NCBI GenBank assembly: GCA_965261085.1
Contig: OZ253442.1
Location: 192,001-256,000 of the forward strand
Length of the DNA stretch: 64,000 bases
Direction of reading: 5' to 3'
Source of the DNA: a bacterium
Lineage (GTDB): Bacteria; UBA8248
A program made the translations under genes and the position numbers. Positions within the stretch are counted from its first letter, which is position 1, and each line of letters starts with the position of its first letter. Below the pieces are notes generated by a model. The model worked only from the letters and a program-made list of their open reading frames with translations. It searched no databases and was not told where the DNA came from. This document shows, one piece after another, positions 41,614 through 50,820 of this stretch.

Positions 41614-42164
41614 GGCCGCGCCTCCTCGGGTTTCGCGAGAGGGCCTTCGAGCCCCAGCCAGGGGAGGTCGGGAAGCGGAAGGGCGCGGGCCCGGATGCGC
41701 TCGCGCGGCACCAGACCGATCTCCTCGTAGCGGCTGTCGTGGCTGTCCTTGTGATCGGCGTGGACATAGTAGCGGCCCGGCGGGATGACGCCGGGCTCTA
41801 TCGCTTCCAGGGCGCGGCCGTTCAGCGCGCGCCGCTTGGCGATTCCGATGAATTCTCCCCTCACGAAGACGCGACGCTCCGGGTCCACCGCCACGCTATC
41901 TCCCGGCAGGCCGATAACGCGCTTCATGTAGGGTATAGGCGAGCCCAAGTCTTCTGGCGGGTCGAAGAGGACGAGGTCGCCGCGTCCGGGCGCGCCCATC
42001 ATCGGCAGCGCGAAATACCCCCATGCGCCGTCCGAGGTGCTCGCGTTCACGTGGACGCGCGAGGCCGCCGCCAGCCACAGGCTCGAGAGGACGGCCATAC
42101 AGACCAGGAGCCTGAAACCCCGGGGGTTGGCACGGCCCTTCACGGCATCATCGGTCATCAGCAT
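41610..42164 (-). CDS. trhF: S26 conjugative pilin peptidase (TrhF-like)
   Basis: NASTS, KRVIGLPGD and DSHDSRY..IGLV. Confidence 0.85.
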   Translation of the reverse strand: MLMTDDAVKGRANPRGFRLLVCMAVLSSLWLAAASRVHVNASTSDGAWGYFALPMMGAPGRGDLVLFDPPEDLGSPIPYMKRVIGLPGDSVAVDPERRVFVRGEFIGIAKRRALNGRALEAIEPGVIPPGRYYVHADHKDSHDSRYEEIGLVPRERIRARALPLPDLPWLGLEGPLAKPEEARP

Positions 42165-42525
42165 TTTTCTTCTCCTTGTTCGGTGATGCGCTCTCCGCCA
42201 TCACAGCCTCGACCTCGGCGGTGACGTCCACTGCGCCCGCGGCGACCGCTCCGGCGCTCAACAGGACAACGCCTCGGCGCGCCGCCACTTTCGCGAGTGC
42301 TTCCTCGAGCCGTTTCGCCCAGTCGCGGGCCGCGGCCAGCGACTTCTCCGAATCGCCTCCCGCGCGCAACGACCTCGTCACGTAGTCCGCCGTGAGGCTC
42401 GACAGACGCACACTCGCGATCCGCGGGGGATTTTCGAGGGAAAACCTGAACGTGACGGCCGATACGGCGGCGGCGACACCTGCGGCGAGCAGGAGAGCGG
42501 CCGCGAACGCGGAAACTCCGTTCAT
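42148..42525 (-). CDS. trbI: TrbI (F-type)
   Basis: N-terminal TM, VVLL..AVAAGAVDVT, and position upstream of trhF/traW. Confidence 0.75.
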   Translation of the reverse strand: MNGVSAFAAALLLAAGVAAAVSAVTFRFSLENPPRIASVRLSSLTADYVTRSLRAGGDSEKSLAAARDWAKRLEEALAKVAARRGVVLLSAGAVAAGAVDVTAEVEAVMAESASPNKEKKNADDR

Positions 42526-42833
42526 GTTCGTTCCCCCGCGGCGCAAAGCGCATCTTTCATCTCGACCCACTCCGCGGCGTCATGACGCCTGAACCAGGCC
42601 GTTCCCTCCTCGTCATGGAACATGTAGTGGAAGCGGCCCGCGTAGAGGCGCTCATTGGCGTCGGCCGAGAGCACGCCCGAAGCGATAGCCGCGCGGAACA
42701 CGGCGTCGGTGTCCTCATACACCCGGATGAAGCGCCCCCGTTCCGAGCGCCGCCTACGCTCAGGCCGCATCGCGCGAACCTCCCGCCTGAGGCGTTCCTG
42801 TTTCTTCTGTCGCCGTTTGTGCTTGCGTGGCAT
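42522..42833 (-). CDS. Hypothetical basic protein within the tra operon
   Basis: GGAGGA RBS; ATGA overlap with trbI. Confidence 0.6.
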   Translation of the reverse strand: MPRKHKRRQKKQERLRREVRAMRPERRRRSERGRFIRVYEDTDAVFRAAIASGVLSADANERLYAGRFHYMFHDEEGTAWFRRHDAAEWVEMKDALCAAGERT

Positions 42834-43503
42834 GTGGTTCCTCCTGCCGCCTCGAGTGGTCATCTTCGCCCGGCGCATTCGTTTCGGATGCGCCCGAGCC
42901 GGGCGTTTGCCTGAGCGCGCTCAGGCGCTCGATCCAGAGCTTCGCCGCACGAGCGGGGGGAAGGGACCTGATCCTTCTCTCGAGCGGTGGAAAGGCGACG
43001 ACCGGGGGTGCGTTCCCGCTTGCTCCCGGCACGTCGCGCACTTCTGAGGCCTCCGCCATCCGCGCCACGAAGCACACGAGTTCCGCATGCGCAGATGTTG
43101 GTTTCGTACCGAGTCCGGCCGCCTCGCGCACGGCCCGGTCTATTTTTTCACCGAGCCGTCTAAGGCGCGGCGTCGGTCGCCGCGAGGGGGCGGCGTCGGG
43201 ACCAAGCCACGCGACGCTCGCCTCATAGAGCAGGGCCAGGAGCGCCGCCCCCCGGACGTCCTCGCCCCCGGGGCCGCCCAGCTCCTCTATCGCCTCGCTC
43301 ATCGTCACCGCATGGGCGGCCAGGGAATGGAAGCGCCTGAGCCGCCCGTCCCGGCGGCATGTGTTGGCGAGCACGTGAGCCAGGGCTTCGAAGTCGACGG
43401 CTTCGGCCGTCAGCGATTCGGGGTCCCCCGGCCAGACGAGCGGCCTTTCCTCCGCACTGCCTGGGTGCGCTCTTCTTTTCGCGTTCATGTGGTTTCTCTC
43501 CAT
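42760..43503 (-). CDS. Degenerate HD-domain (YfdR/YfbR-like) protein
   Basis: LAHVLANTCR..G..FHSLAAHAV..ALLYEAS.AWLG versus family IAHAL...CRF.G..YSVAQH..ALLHDA.EAY.GD. Confidence 0.65.
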   Translation of the reverse strand: MERNHMNAKRRAHPGSAEERPLVWPGDPESLTAEAVDFEALAHVLANTCRRDGRLRRFHSLAAHAVTMSEAIEELGGPGGEDVRGAALLALLYEASVAWLGPDAAPSRRPTPRLRRLGEKIDRAVREAAGLGTKPTSAHAELVCFVARMAEASEVRDVPGASGNAPPVVAFPPLERRIRSLPPARAAKLWIERLSALRQTPGSGASETNAPGEDDHSRRQEEPHATQAQTATEETGTPQAGGSRDAA

Positions 43504-43545
43504 TCGGGTTGATGTTCGTTTTCAGGTGTCAGGTGATATGAAGCC

Positions 43546-46047
43546 TCACGGCGCGCCCTCTTCGGCGACCCGCGCGACGGCCTCCTCGGTGGTGAGACCC
43601 TCACTTTTAAGTTTCTCGATGGCGGCGAAGGCGGGTCCGCGCGAGGAATAGAGCGCCTGCGACCAGCGGTCTAAGGCGAGCCGCGCCACCCGCCAGCCGT
43701 CCGGGCCGTGCAGAACCAACTCGGCGTGGCGCCCGTCCACGGTGGCGAGGCTCTTTAACGCGCGCTCCATCCCGGGGTCGCAGTGGATGCGTTTTTCCTG
43801 CTTGAGTAACTCGACGGACTCGTCCTTTTGCGCGAGGAATATCGTCCAGTCGGAGTTGTCCCAGGCCGCCCGCGCCGCAGGATTCGCGTAGTAGTCGTTC
43901 ACGCTCTGCGTGCCCGTGACGAGCGCCCCCCGGTACTTGCGCGCCCGCCTAGCGGCGCCCTCCAAAAACGCCTTGCTGTCCTCGCCCGAGAGCAGGTCCC
44001 ATGCCTCGTCAATAACGATAGCCTTGGGCCGCGTCCTCGGGCCGTGGTACATGCGCTGGGTGGCGAGGAAGACCACCAGCATGAGCACGACGCCCTGGAG
44101 ATCGCCGCGTCCCTTGAGCTCGGCGAGTTCGAACACGGTGAGCGCGGCATCCAGCGCCGGCGTCCCGCCGCCCTCGAAGAGGCGCCCCATGGCGCCGCCC
44201 GGCCGCCAGGGGCCGAGCGATACGCTTAAGTCCGACGCGCGCCTGTCGCCCACGGCTTCCAGTCCTTTCTGCACAAGGCCTAAGTCCGCATCGTTTCCGG
44301 CTTCCTCCCAGGCGCGCGCGATGGCCTCATCAATGAGCGCCGCCTCGATGTCGTCGATCCGCCCGCGCCTCCTGCACATGCGCCCGACCACCGAGGCCAG
44401 CATCGCGAAGCACTCCTCCCTGTAGTCGCCGTCTCTCGCGGCGGTCTCGGCGTCTATCATGGCGAAGGGGTTAAGCCTGGCCGGGTCCTTGCCGAAGGCG
44501 ATGAAGGCGCCGCCCAGGGCTTCGGCCGTGTGCTGGAAGGATCGCCCGTCGTCTATCACGACGGCCTCTCCGCCCGCGCCCGCGATGCCCGCGACCAGTT
44601 CCTGCATCAGCACCGACTTGCCCGATCCTGACTTGCCGGTCACGGCCACGTTGTAGTTTCCTGCCTCGTTAGCGAAAGGAGACCAGGGGGCGGGCTGCCC
44701 GCGTCTTCCCAGCAGCAACAGTGCGGGCGGCGCGTCCGGTCGCGCCCTCTGGCCGCGCCACTCGCCGTGCACGGGCGCCAGGTTGACGGCGGATGAGGTG
44801 AGTAGCGTCTTCATCCGGCCCATCCGGGCGAGGTCGGCGTCGAGTCCGCCTGCTGCGACCATGGGCAGGCAGGAGAGCCAGGCCGGCAGGTGCGCGTAGC
44901 GCTCCGCCCCCAGCCGCCAGCCCTGGCCGTGGTAGATGGCGCGCACCGCCTGTTCGGCCTCGTCTATCGCGTCGAGCGGTGCGTAGACCGCCGCCATATA
45001 GGAGGCCCGTACCAGGCGCTCGCCCTCTTTGAGCCGTTCGGTCACGAAGCGCCAGTCGCGCGCCTTCTCGGGAAGGCCGGGCAGATAGCGCGCGATCCCC
45101 GTCCCCGCCTGCTGCGTCGCGCGGGCGGATTTGAGAAATGCGCGCTCCCCGTCCGAGGCCTCGCCCATCATCACGGTGAGCGCGGTCAGAACCGGCGCGC
45201 CGGGTTGTAAGAAGTCGCGATAGAAATCCCCGATCAGCGCGCCTCCCCGCCAGCCGGGCCAGACTTCAGGGTAGGCGCGCGCCGAGAGTACCCGCACGGC
45301 CACATCCGTGCCGTCCGGGTGGTGGAAGACCAGTCCCGCCGGCGCCACGCTCATCGCGCGTCCGGGCGCCGCGCATTGCAGGTGAATCGGATCGCGGGGC
45401 GACCAGCGCCTCTCGGGGCGCTTAAGCCCGCCGTCGTGGACGCCTTCCGTATCGGGCGAGGCGAGTTCAGCGGCCAGCGAGAGCAATTCGTCGGGCTCCA
45501 TCCTCCGCGCCCAGGTCCCGATCGAGGCGAGCGCGCCCTCGATCGCCCGGCGGAAGCCGCCGAGCGCGGTCTCCGAAGCCGGTCCCGGCCGTCCCGGCAG
45601 GCTTGCCGCGAGGAATACCCGGCAGTCGTTCAGGGTGAACGGCGGTCCGCCCGGGTGGAGCGGCCGCCAGCCCGCGCCCGTGAAGAGCGCCGCGCGGCGT
45701 TTCGCCATCACCGCCTGCAGCCCCCCCGCCCCCTCCCTCGGCCCGGCCCACTCCGCGATCGCGGCGCCGTAGCGCGGGCTCGTCCAGTGGATCACCTGCA
45801 CGATGGAGCGATCGGGCGCAGAGTCCGCGAGCGTTCCCGCCAGGGCGTCCAGCGTCCCCTCGTCCACCCCGGCGAAGGGCGGGAGTTCCAGGACGAAGCC
45901 CAGGCTCCCCGCGTTCACGTAGAACTCGCCCGCCTCGTCCCAGGCCCGCCAGGGGAGGAGGTCCACGAGCGGGGCCGGGACGGCCGGAAGCGTCCAGGGC
46001 GTAAGCGCGTCGGCGCCGCCGAACATGTCCTTCAGACGCTCGATCAC
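43546..46047 (-). CDS. traC: TraC (VirB4-like ATPase)
   Basis: GRRGQ, NYNVAVTGKSGSGKS, IDDGRSF, IDEAWDLL and RRARKY. Confidence 0.95.
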   Translation of the reverse strand: MIERLKDMFGGADALTPWTLPAVPAPLVDLLPWRAWDEAGEFYVNAGSLGFVLELPPFAGVDEGTLDALAGTLADSAPDRSIVQVIHWTSPRYGAAIAEWAGPREGAGGLQAVMAKRRAALFTGAGWRPLHPGGPPFTLNDCRVFLAASLPGRPGPASETALGGFRRAIEGALASIGTWARRMEPDELLSLAAELASPDTEGVHDGGLKRPERRWSPRDPIHLQCAAPGRAMSVAPAGLVFHHPDGTDVAVRVLSARAYPEVWPGWRGGALIGDFYRDFLQPGAPVLTALTVMMGEASDGERAFLKSARATQQAGTGIARYLPGLPEKARDWRFVTERLKEGERLVRASYMAAVYAPLDAIDEAEQAVRAIYHGQGWRLGAERYAHLPAWLSCLPMVAAGGLDADLARMGRMKTLLTSSAVNLAPVHGEWRGQRARPDAPPALLLLGRRGQPAPWSPFANEAGNYNVAVTGKSGSGKSVLMQELVAGIAGAGGEAVVIDDGRSFQHTAEALGGAFIAFGKDPARLNPFAMIDAETAARDGDYREECFAMLASVVGRMCRRRGRIDDIEAALIDEAIARAWEEAGNDADLGLVQKGLEAVGDRRASDLSVSLGPWRPGGAMGRLFEGGGTPALDAALTVFELAELKGRGDLQGVVLMLVVFLATQRMYHGPRTRPKAIVIDEAWDLLSGEDSKAFLEGAARRARKYRGALVTGTQSVNDYYANPAARAAWDNSDWTIFLAQKDESVELLKQEKRIHCDPGMERALKSLATVDGRHAELVLHGPDGWRVARLALDRWSQALYSSRGPAFAAIEKLKSEGLTTEEAVARVAEEGAP

Positions 46048-46544
46048 GGCAGCCTCCAGACAGCGGGTTCAATCACCGCGCGCACCCAGCCCCCCTCGCG
46101 GTAGACGCCGATCGAGTCCACGTAGGGCGCGATCCATATCCGCGCGACGCGTTCTTTCGTGCGGAGGTTCTCATTCGGCTTGGCCGGAGTCTCTTTCGTC
46201 GACTGTGGAACGATCAGCGGCTCGGCCGTGGCCACCTCCACGTCGTCTTCGCCTGGCGAAAAGAGTTCCACGAACCAGGCGATGATACCGTTCAGGAACG
46301 AGGTCCCGGTGGTTTCCGTGGAACGAACCGGGGAGGAGGGAGTCTTTTCCAGCGATTCTCCCTGCGCCCGAACCGCGGGGTCCGCCTCCGAAACGCTCGC
46401 GCACGCCGTCCCCTGCGCGATGGGGCACTGCCAGCTCTCGCCCACGTGGCTCCCTCCCGCGCAGCCCGTGAGTAGCAGGACGGCCAAAAGCGCCGTCGGC
46501 AAATGGAATCTTCCTGTCGATAATGGATGGGTATTCGTTCTCAT
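46044..46544 (-). CDS. traV: TraV lipoprotein
   Basis: Lipobox LTGC, C....G..C.SV and RIWIAPYVD..G. Confidence 0.9.
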   Translation of the reverse strand: MRTNTHPLSTGRFHLPTALLAVLLLTGCAGGSHVGESWQCPIAQGTACASVSEADPAVRAQGESLEKTPSSPVRSTETTGTSFLNGIIAWFVELFSPGEDDVEVATAEPLIVPQSTKETPAKPNENLRTKERVARIWIAPYVDSIGVYREGGWVRAVIEPAVWRLP

Positions 46545-47743
46545 CTGCTCCTCCCGTGGTTGTTGCTCTTCCTGTCTTCTCTCCCGTCGATTCGGGCGCC
46601 CTCGATGAACACGACCGTGACCCGCGTTCCCGTCTGGAGCTGGATCACCGGCTGGTACTGCTCGGCCCGGCGGATCAGGTAGTCCGCCACCCGGCGGCCG
46701 GCCGATCCGGCGCCCGCCCCCAGTCCCGCGCGTCCCAGGTCGCTCAGGCTCGCCGCGTTCTCGGCCCCCGCCGTCCCGGCGGGCGCCTGGAGCACGTTGG
46801 CGGCGGTCTCGCCCACACCCGACACCAGGCCCGCGAGGAAGGCCTTTTCCACGAGCGCTCCCTCGCGGCTCACCACCGGACCCCGCACGCCGGCCTTGCC
46901 GCCGCCCGCCACGAAGCCCGAGACTTTTGTCTCGATCACGGTCCCCGCATCGGATCCTGAGCAGGTCATGGTCTGAAGCCGCACGTATACTTTTTCGGAC
47001 GAAAGATCCCCGTAGGCCGCGCCCGTCAGCGTGCAGCCCTCGACGTCGGCTTCCATCGCTTTGCCTTCCGTCGCAGCGCTCCGCGCCTTGCCCGTGAGGC
47101 GAAGCAGCACCGGCCGCGGGTCGCCCTGGGAGGAGACGCCCGCCGAGGCATCCACGCCCGCCAGCACCACCGCCTCGGCGTAGGCGCCCGCGGGCAGCCA
47201 GGAGGAGAGCGGCCGGGGACCCGTCACAGGAACACGTTTATCCGCCTCTCCTGCGCCGGCCTGAAACTCCCGGATCATGGGCCCGGTCGGGGCCGTGGAG
47301 GCCTTACCGGCAGGAGCCGCACGCTTCGCCCGGACGGGCGCGACGGGGCGGGTCTCCAGTTTTTTGCGCAACTCGTCGATCGCCGCCGCCTGGCGGTCGA
47401 TCACCATCCGTCCGTCCGCCGCGCCCTTCGCGAGGCGCGCCCTGAGCCGCGCGTTCTCCTCCTCCGAGCGCCGGCTCTTCGTCTCCATCTCGCGGAGCCG
47501 CGCCTCCATCTGCCCGATCCGGGCCTCCGATCGCCTGACCCAGACGGCTTCCGCGGACCTTGCGCCCGCGAGCTCCGCTCGGACCCCGCCCCGGGTCGGC
47601 GGCGCCTCGCCACCTCCCGCCGAGAACCAGACCGCGAAGGCGACGAGCACAGCAGCTGCCAGGCCCGAGAACAGGAGCAACTGCCGGCTCCGGATCTTCC
47701 GGCTCTCGGGGTCCATCGTCGTTTTGTCCGCACTACTCATCAC
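46541..47743 (-). CDS. traB: TraB (VirB10-like)
   Basis: TM plus coiled coil; LPAG, GVDA, AYGDLSSE and GVRGPVVSR. Confidence 0.92.
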   Translation of the reverse strand: MMSSADKTTMDPESRKIRSRQLLLFSGLAAAVLVAFAVWFSAGGGEAPPTRGGVRAELAGARSAEAVWVRRSEARIGQMEARLREMETKSRRSEEENARLRARLAKGAADGRMVIDRQAAAIDELRKKLETRPVAPVRAKRAAPAGKASTAPTGPMIREFQAGAGEADKRVPVTGPRPLSSWLPAGAYAEAVVLAGVDASAGVSSQGDPRPVLLRLTGKARSAATEGKAMEADVEGCTLTGAAYGDLSSEKVYVRLQTMTCSGSDAGTVIETKVSGFVAGGGKAGVRGPVVSREGALVEKAFLAGLVSGVGETAANVLQAPAGTAGAENAASLSDLGRAGLGAGAGSAGRRVADYLIRRAEQYQPVIQLQTGTRVTVVFIEGARIDGREDRKSNNHGRSR

Positions 47744-48471
47744 GGCCTCCCTCTACGCCCGACCTCACGCACCGTCACGACGAGCCGTCCGTCCGAGGGA
47801 CCGCTCGCAGGCTTCCCCGCCCAGAGCGCGGCTGCGCCCGGCGCCATGCCTTGCATGAGGGCCTGGGGGTCGTCGCCCTGGGTCGAGTCCATCTCGTAGA
47901 CGCGCGCGGTGAAGCGCCGCCCGCGCCAGGTTTCCAGGAGCGCGAGGCCCTCTGAACGTGACGTTTCGGATGCCGTGTGAATCACATAGCCGGGGAGAAC
48001 CTCGCGCAGCACGACCGCGCGCACCAGCGCCACGATCGCTCCCACGCGGCCCTCGCGGGGAGCGGGGCTTTCCGCCCGGGGCGCCGCGGCGGCGTTTCGG
48101 ATCATGATCTGCGCGGAATCCCGCGCGGTGGTCCTTAACGTCAGCCGGTAGGTGAAACCCTTCGCCGTCCCGATGAAGAGCGTCAACGGCGCCCGCGCAG
48201 GGGCGGTGGGTTCCAGGGGCCGCAGGTAGAGGTCCCCGCGTGACTTGTCGTGTTCCACCGCGAAGCCGTCCGGCCCCCGGATCACGCGCGCGACACGATC
48301 GCCGGCCAGCGTTATCCGGCTCACCGCACGGTCGGATATCTCGGCTTCGAGTTCCGCGTGGTCGGCGGCGTCCAGTATCTGCATCGCAGACGCCGTGGAT
48401 CCCCACGGCAGGAACGCCGCTACCAGAATCAAAGTGGTCAGAGTCATCGAAATTCTTCTCGTTCGCATCAT
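47740..48471 (-). CDS. traK: TraK
   Basis: Signal peptide, SRI..GDR, GDLYL, TLFIGT..GFTY; position between traE and traB. Confidence 0.85.
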   Translation of the reverse strand: MMRTRRISMTLTTLILVAAFLPWGSTASAMQILDAADHAELEAEISDRAVSRITLAGDRVARVIRGPDGFAVEHDKSRGDLYLRPLEPTAPARAPLTLFIGTAKGFTYRLTLRTTARDSAQIMIRNAAAAPRAESPAPREGRVGAIVALVRAVVLREVLPGYVIHTASETSRSEGLALLETWRGRRFTARVYEMDSTQGDDPQALMQGMAPGAAALWAGKPASGPSDGRLVVTVREVGRRGRP

Positions 48472-48472
48472 C

Positions 48473-49030
48473 CTATTTACGATCCTCCAGTTCCTCGAAA
48501 CGAAGCAGGCCGATCCGGCCCGCGTCCACGCGAAAGGACAACCGGTAGCGCTTCCGCTCGCGCGAGACGGGCTCGCGCCCCACCCAAGTCGCGAGCTCCC
48601 CGCCCACGACGACCATCAGCCTTTCGGGGTCCGCCTCTATCCGTCCGGGATAAAACGCCGTCGAGAGGTCGCGCCGCGCCATGCGTCCGGCCTCGGCAGC
48701 GACCCAGGCGCCGATCGCGCCGCGCGCGGAGGCGTGAGCGAGCCGCGCCGCCGCCTCGCGGGCGTGCTCCGCATTCTCGGGCGTCAGCGTCAGGAGCGTC
48801 ACGGCGACGGTCCGCCCCATATCCTCGAGATACCTTCGCCCGGCGCTCCCGCCCCCGACCTCCCACGCCGGCCCCGCCACCGCGGGCACCAGCACCGTCA
48901 TGCGCTCCACAGAGGCGAGGCCCATGCTCAGTCCCAGATTGGCCAGCAGCGAGAAGCCGAGAAGTATTGCCAGCGCCGCGCGCCCGTCCCTCACCTGCCG
49001 CCTCTGCGCCTCCATCAGTTCTCGTTTCAT
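48473..49030 (-). CDS. traE: TraE
   Basis: TM, TVLVP, YLE M..LLTLTPEN and G.L.TWVG. Confidence 0.87.
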   Translation of the reverse strand: MKRELMEAQRRQVRDGRAALAILLGFSLLANLGLSMGLASVERMTVLVPAVAGPAWEVGGGSAGRRYLEDMGRTVAVTLLTLTPENAEHAREAAARLAHASARGAIGAWVAAEAGRMARRDLSTAFYPGRIEADPERLMVVVGGELATWVGREPVSRERKRYRLSFRVDAGRIGLLRFEELEDRK

Positions 49031-49044
49031 CCCCTAAAGCCTCC

Positions 49045-49338
49045 TCATCCGATAAAGCGGCGCAGGTGGCTCGGCGGCGCGCCCTTGATCCCCAGCGCGA
49101 AGCCGGGCAGGAACCAGTAGAGCGCGCAGATTGCGACATCCGCTCCGCCGCCCCGCTTCGCGCGGCGCAAGAGCGCCCAGCCCGCGAGGCCGATTAACAA
49201 CCCCGTCAGGAAGGCGTTCGCCGCCAGGCCCAGGAGAGCCGGCCCAAGCAGGGCCGCCGCTTCGTCCAGGGTCCAGAACAGCCAGCGTTCCGGGTCGTCG
49301 AGGCGAGAGGGGATTGCGTGTTTCGCCTGATCGCTCAT
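49045..49338 (-). CDS. traL: TraL
   Basis: IP.RLDDP.R..FWTLDE..YWFLP..PPSH.R.FIG. Confidence 0.92.
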   Translation of the reverse strand: MSDQAKHAIPSRLDDPERWLFWTLDEAAALLGPALLGLAANAFLTGLLIGLAGWALLRRAKRGGGADVAICALYWFLPGFALGIKGAPPSHLRRFIG

Positions 49339-49347
49339 CCGTCCCCC

Positions 49348-49647
49348 TCATATGATCGCCGTGCCGACGAGGCCCGTGACGACGCCGGTGCCTGCGCCCG
49401 CCGCGATGCCCACCCCCACCGCGCCCGCGAGTTGGGCTGCGTTGAAGCGAAGCACCGAACCCACCAGGGCGGCGCCCACGGCGAGCGCCGCCGCGAGCTG
49501 TCCACCCGTGCCCGAGACGATCCCGGTCACCGTCCCGAGCGGACCCGAGAACGTCGTGTCCGTCGTCGCCCAGGCTTGGTCGAATCCCCACAGCGCCCAG
49601 AGGAGCGCGGTGAGCACGCATCTGCTCAGGAAAGAAACTCTGTTCAT
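49348..49647 (-). CDS. traA: Conjugative pilin TraA
   Basis: Leader ending AWA, D.TF, two Gly/Ala-rich TM helices; first tra gene. Confidence 0.8.
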   Translation of the reverse strand: MNRVSFLSRCVLTALLWALWGFDQAWATTDTTFSGPLGTVTGIVSGTGGQLAAALAVGAALVGSVLRFNAAQLAGAVGVGIAAGAGTGVVTGLVGTAII

Positions 49648-50396
49648 CGCGCGATCCTCCCTCCGTCGTCGGACGTGGACGCCCGCCGACGCGCCGAGGC
49701 CCAGTCCTCGATATCCGCGAGCAGGTAGCGCACCCGGGAGCCGAAGCGGTGGAAGACCGGCCCCCCGCCGCTCACGCGGTAGCGTTCCAGCGTCTTCGGC
49801 GAGAGGCCGAGCCACGCGGCCACCTCCCGTGTGCTCAGGTAGTTCCCTCTGTTCCCGTTCATCTGTATCTCTCCTTCCCGTTCGATGTCGGCCCCGGTAG
49901 AGGGGGCCTGTGCGTTGAATGCGCCGGGCGCAGCGGGCCCGGCGGGTGGAATCATTTCGTTCGTCATCTCCGTCACCTGCGTCTGAATGGCCCTGAGCTC
50001 CTTTTCGCTCGCATGAGCCTCCATCCAGGCGCGCACCCGCTCGACCGTGCCGAGCCACGGCGAGACGCCCCGGCGCAGCTTTCCTACGAACGAGGGGTCG
50101 CCTGTGGTCTCTTCGCCCAGCATCGTGTGCTTGGTCCCCGTCACGGCCAGGAAGGCCTCGACCTCGCAGCGGAAGGCCGGACCCAGCGCCGGCTCTCCCA
50201 TGAAGGCCAGTACCCGGTCCGCCGTCTTCAGCCGTATCGAACGGCCCCGCATCAGTGAGAACACGAAATCCGGATCGCGCATCGCGGCCATCCCGAAGCG
50301 TCTCGCGCTCACCCAGTGGCGCGCGCGCCAGGCCGCAACGCTGCTTCGCAAGTGATCGTCGAGGGGGATGTCTTTATGGTGGGTGAGCGTCTTCAT
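49644..50396 (-). CDS. Regulator: two tandem Cro-like domains fused to an excisionase/AlpA-type HTH
   Basis: Repeated G....DP.FV..L.RG.S..L.T..RV.A.M units, then YLSTREVAAWLGLSPKTLERYRVSGGGP.F.RFG.RVRY. Confidence 0.8.
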   Translation of the reverse strand: MKTLTHHKDIPLDDHLRSSVAAWRARHWVSARRFGMAAMRDPDFVFSLMRGRSIRLKTADRVLAFMGEPALGPAFRCEVEAFLAVTGTKHTMLGEETTGDPSFVGKLRRGVSPWLGTVERVRAWMEAHASEKELRAIQTQVTEMTNEMIPPAGPAAPGAFNAQAPSTGADIEREGEIQMNGNRGNYLSTREVAAWLGLSPKTLERYRVSGGGPVFHRFGSRVRYLLADIEDWASARRRASTSDDGGRIAR

Positions 50397-50820
50397 GCGA
50401 ATGAATATATATAAATATATTATTTTTATCAACATCTAATTATACCTAGTTTCCAACGGCTCATGCCCATGCATGGTCTAACCTGCGACCGGCTACGCGG
50501 GGATGCGACAAAAAAGGGGGATTTTCCGCGGCGATGGAATGTATGGGAGCAGGGTGGACCCCCGCGAAATCGCACGGGAGAGAGTCTGTCCGGGCTTGAC
50601 CCGGGAAGCGGCGCGCCCTCCATTCGGGACTGCATGAAATCCGCAACGTGGTTCACCCGACCCCGAACGCCGGCAAGCCCGTGCGGCCCGCGCACCGCCC
50701 ACCTCCCTTGAGCCCCGCCCCGCTCCGGCAAGAGGCCGAGCCGAGCGTGGAGAGGGCGGATCCGGGAAGTCCGAGAGGGTTCCCGCGACGTTCCCATCCC
50801 ATCCACAGGAGGAGACACCC

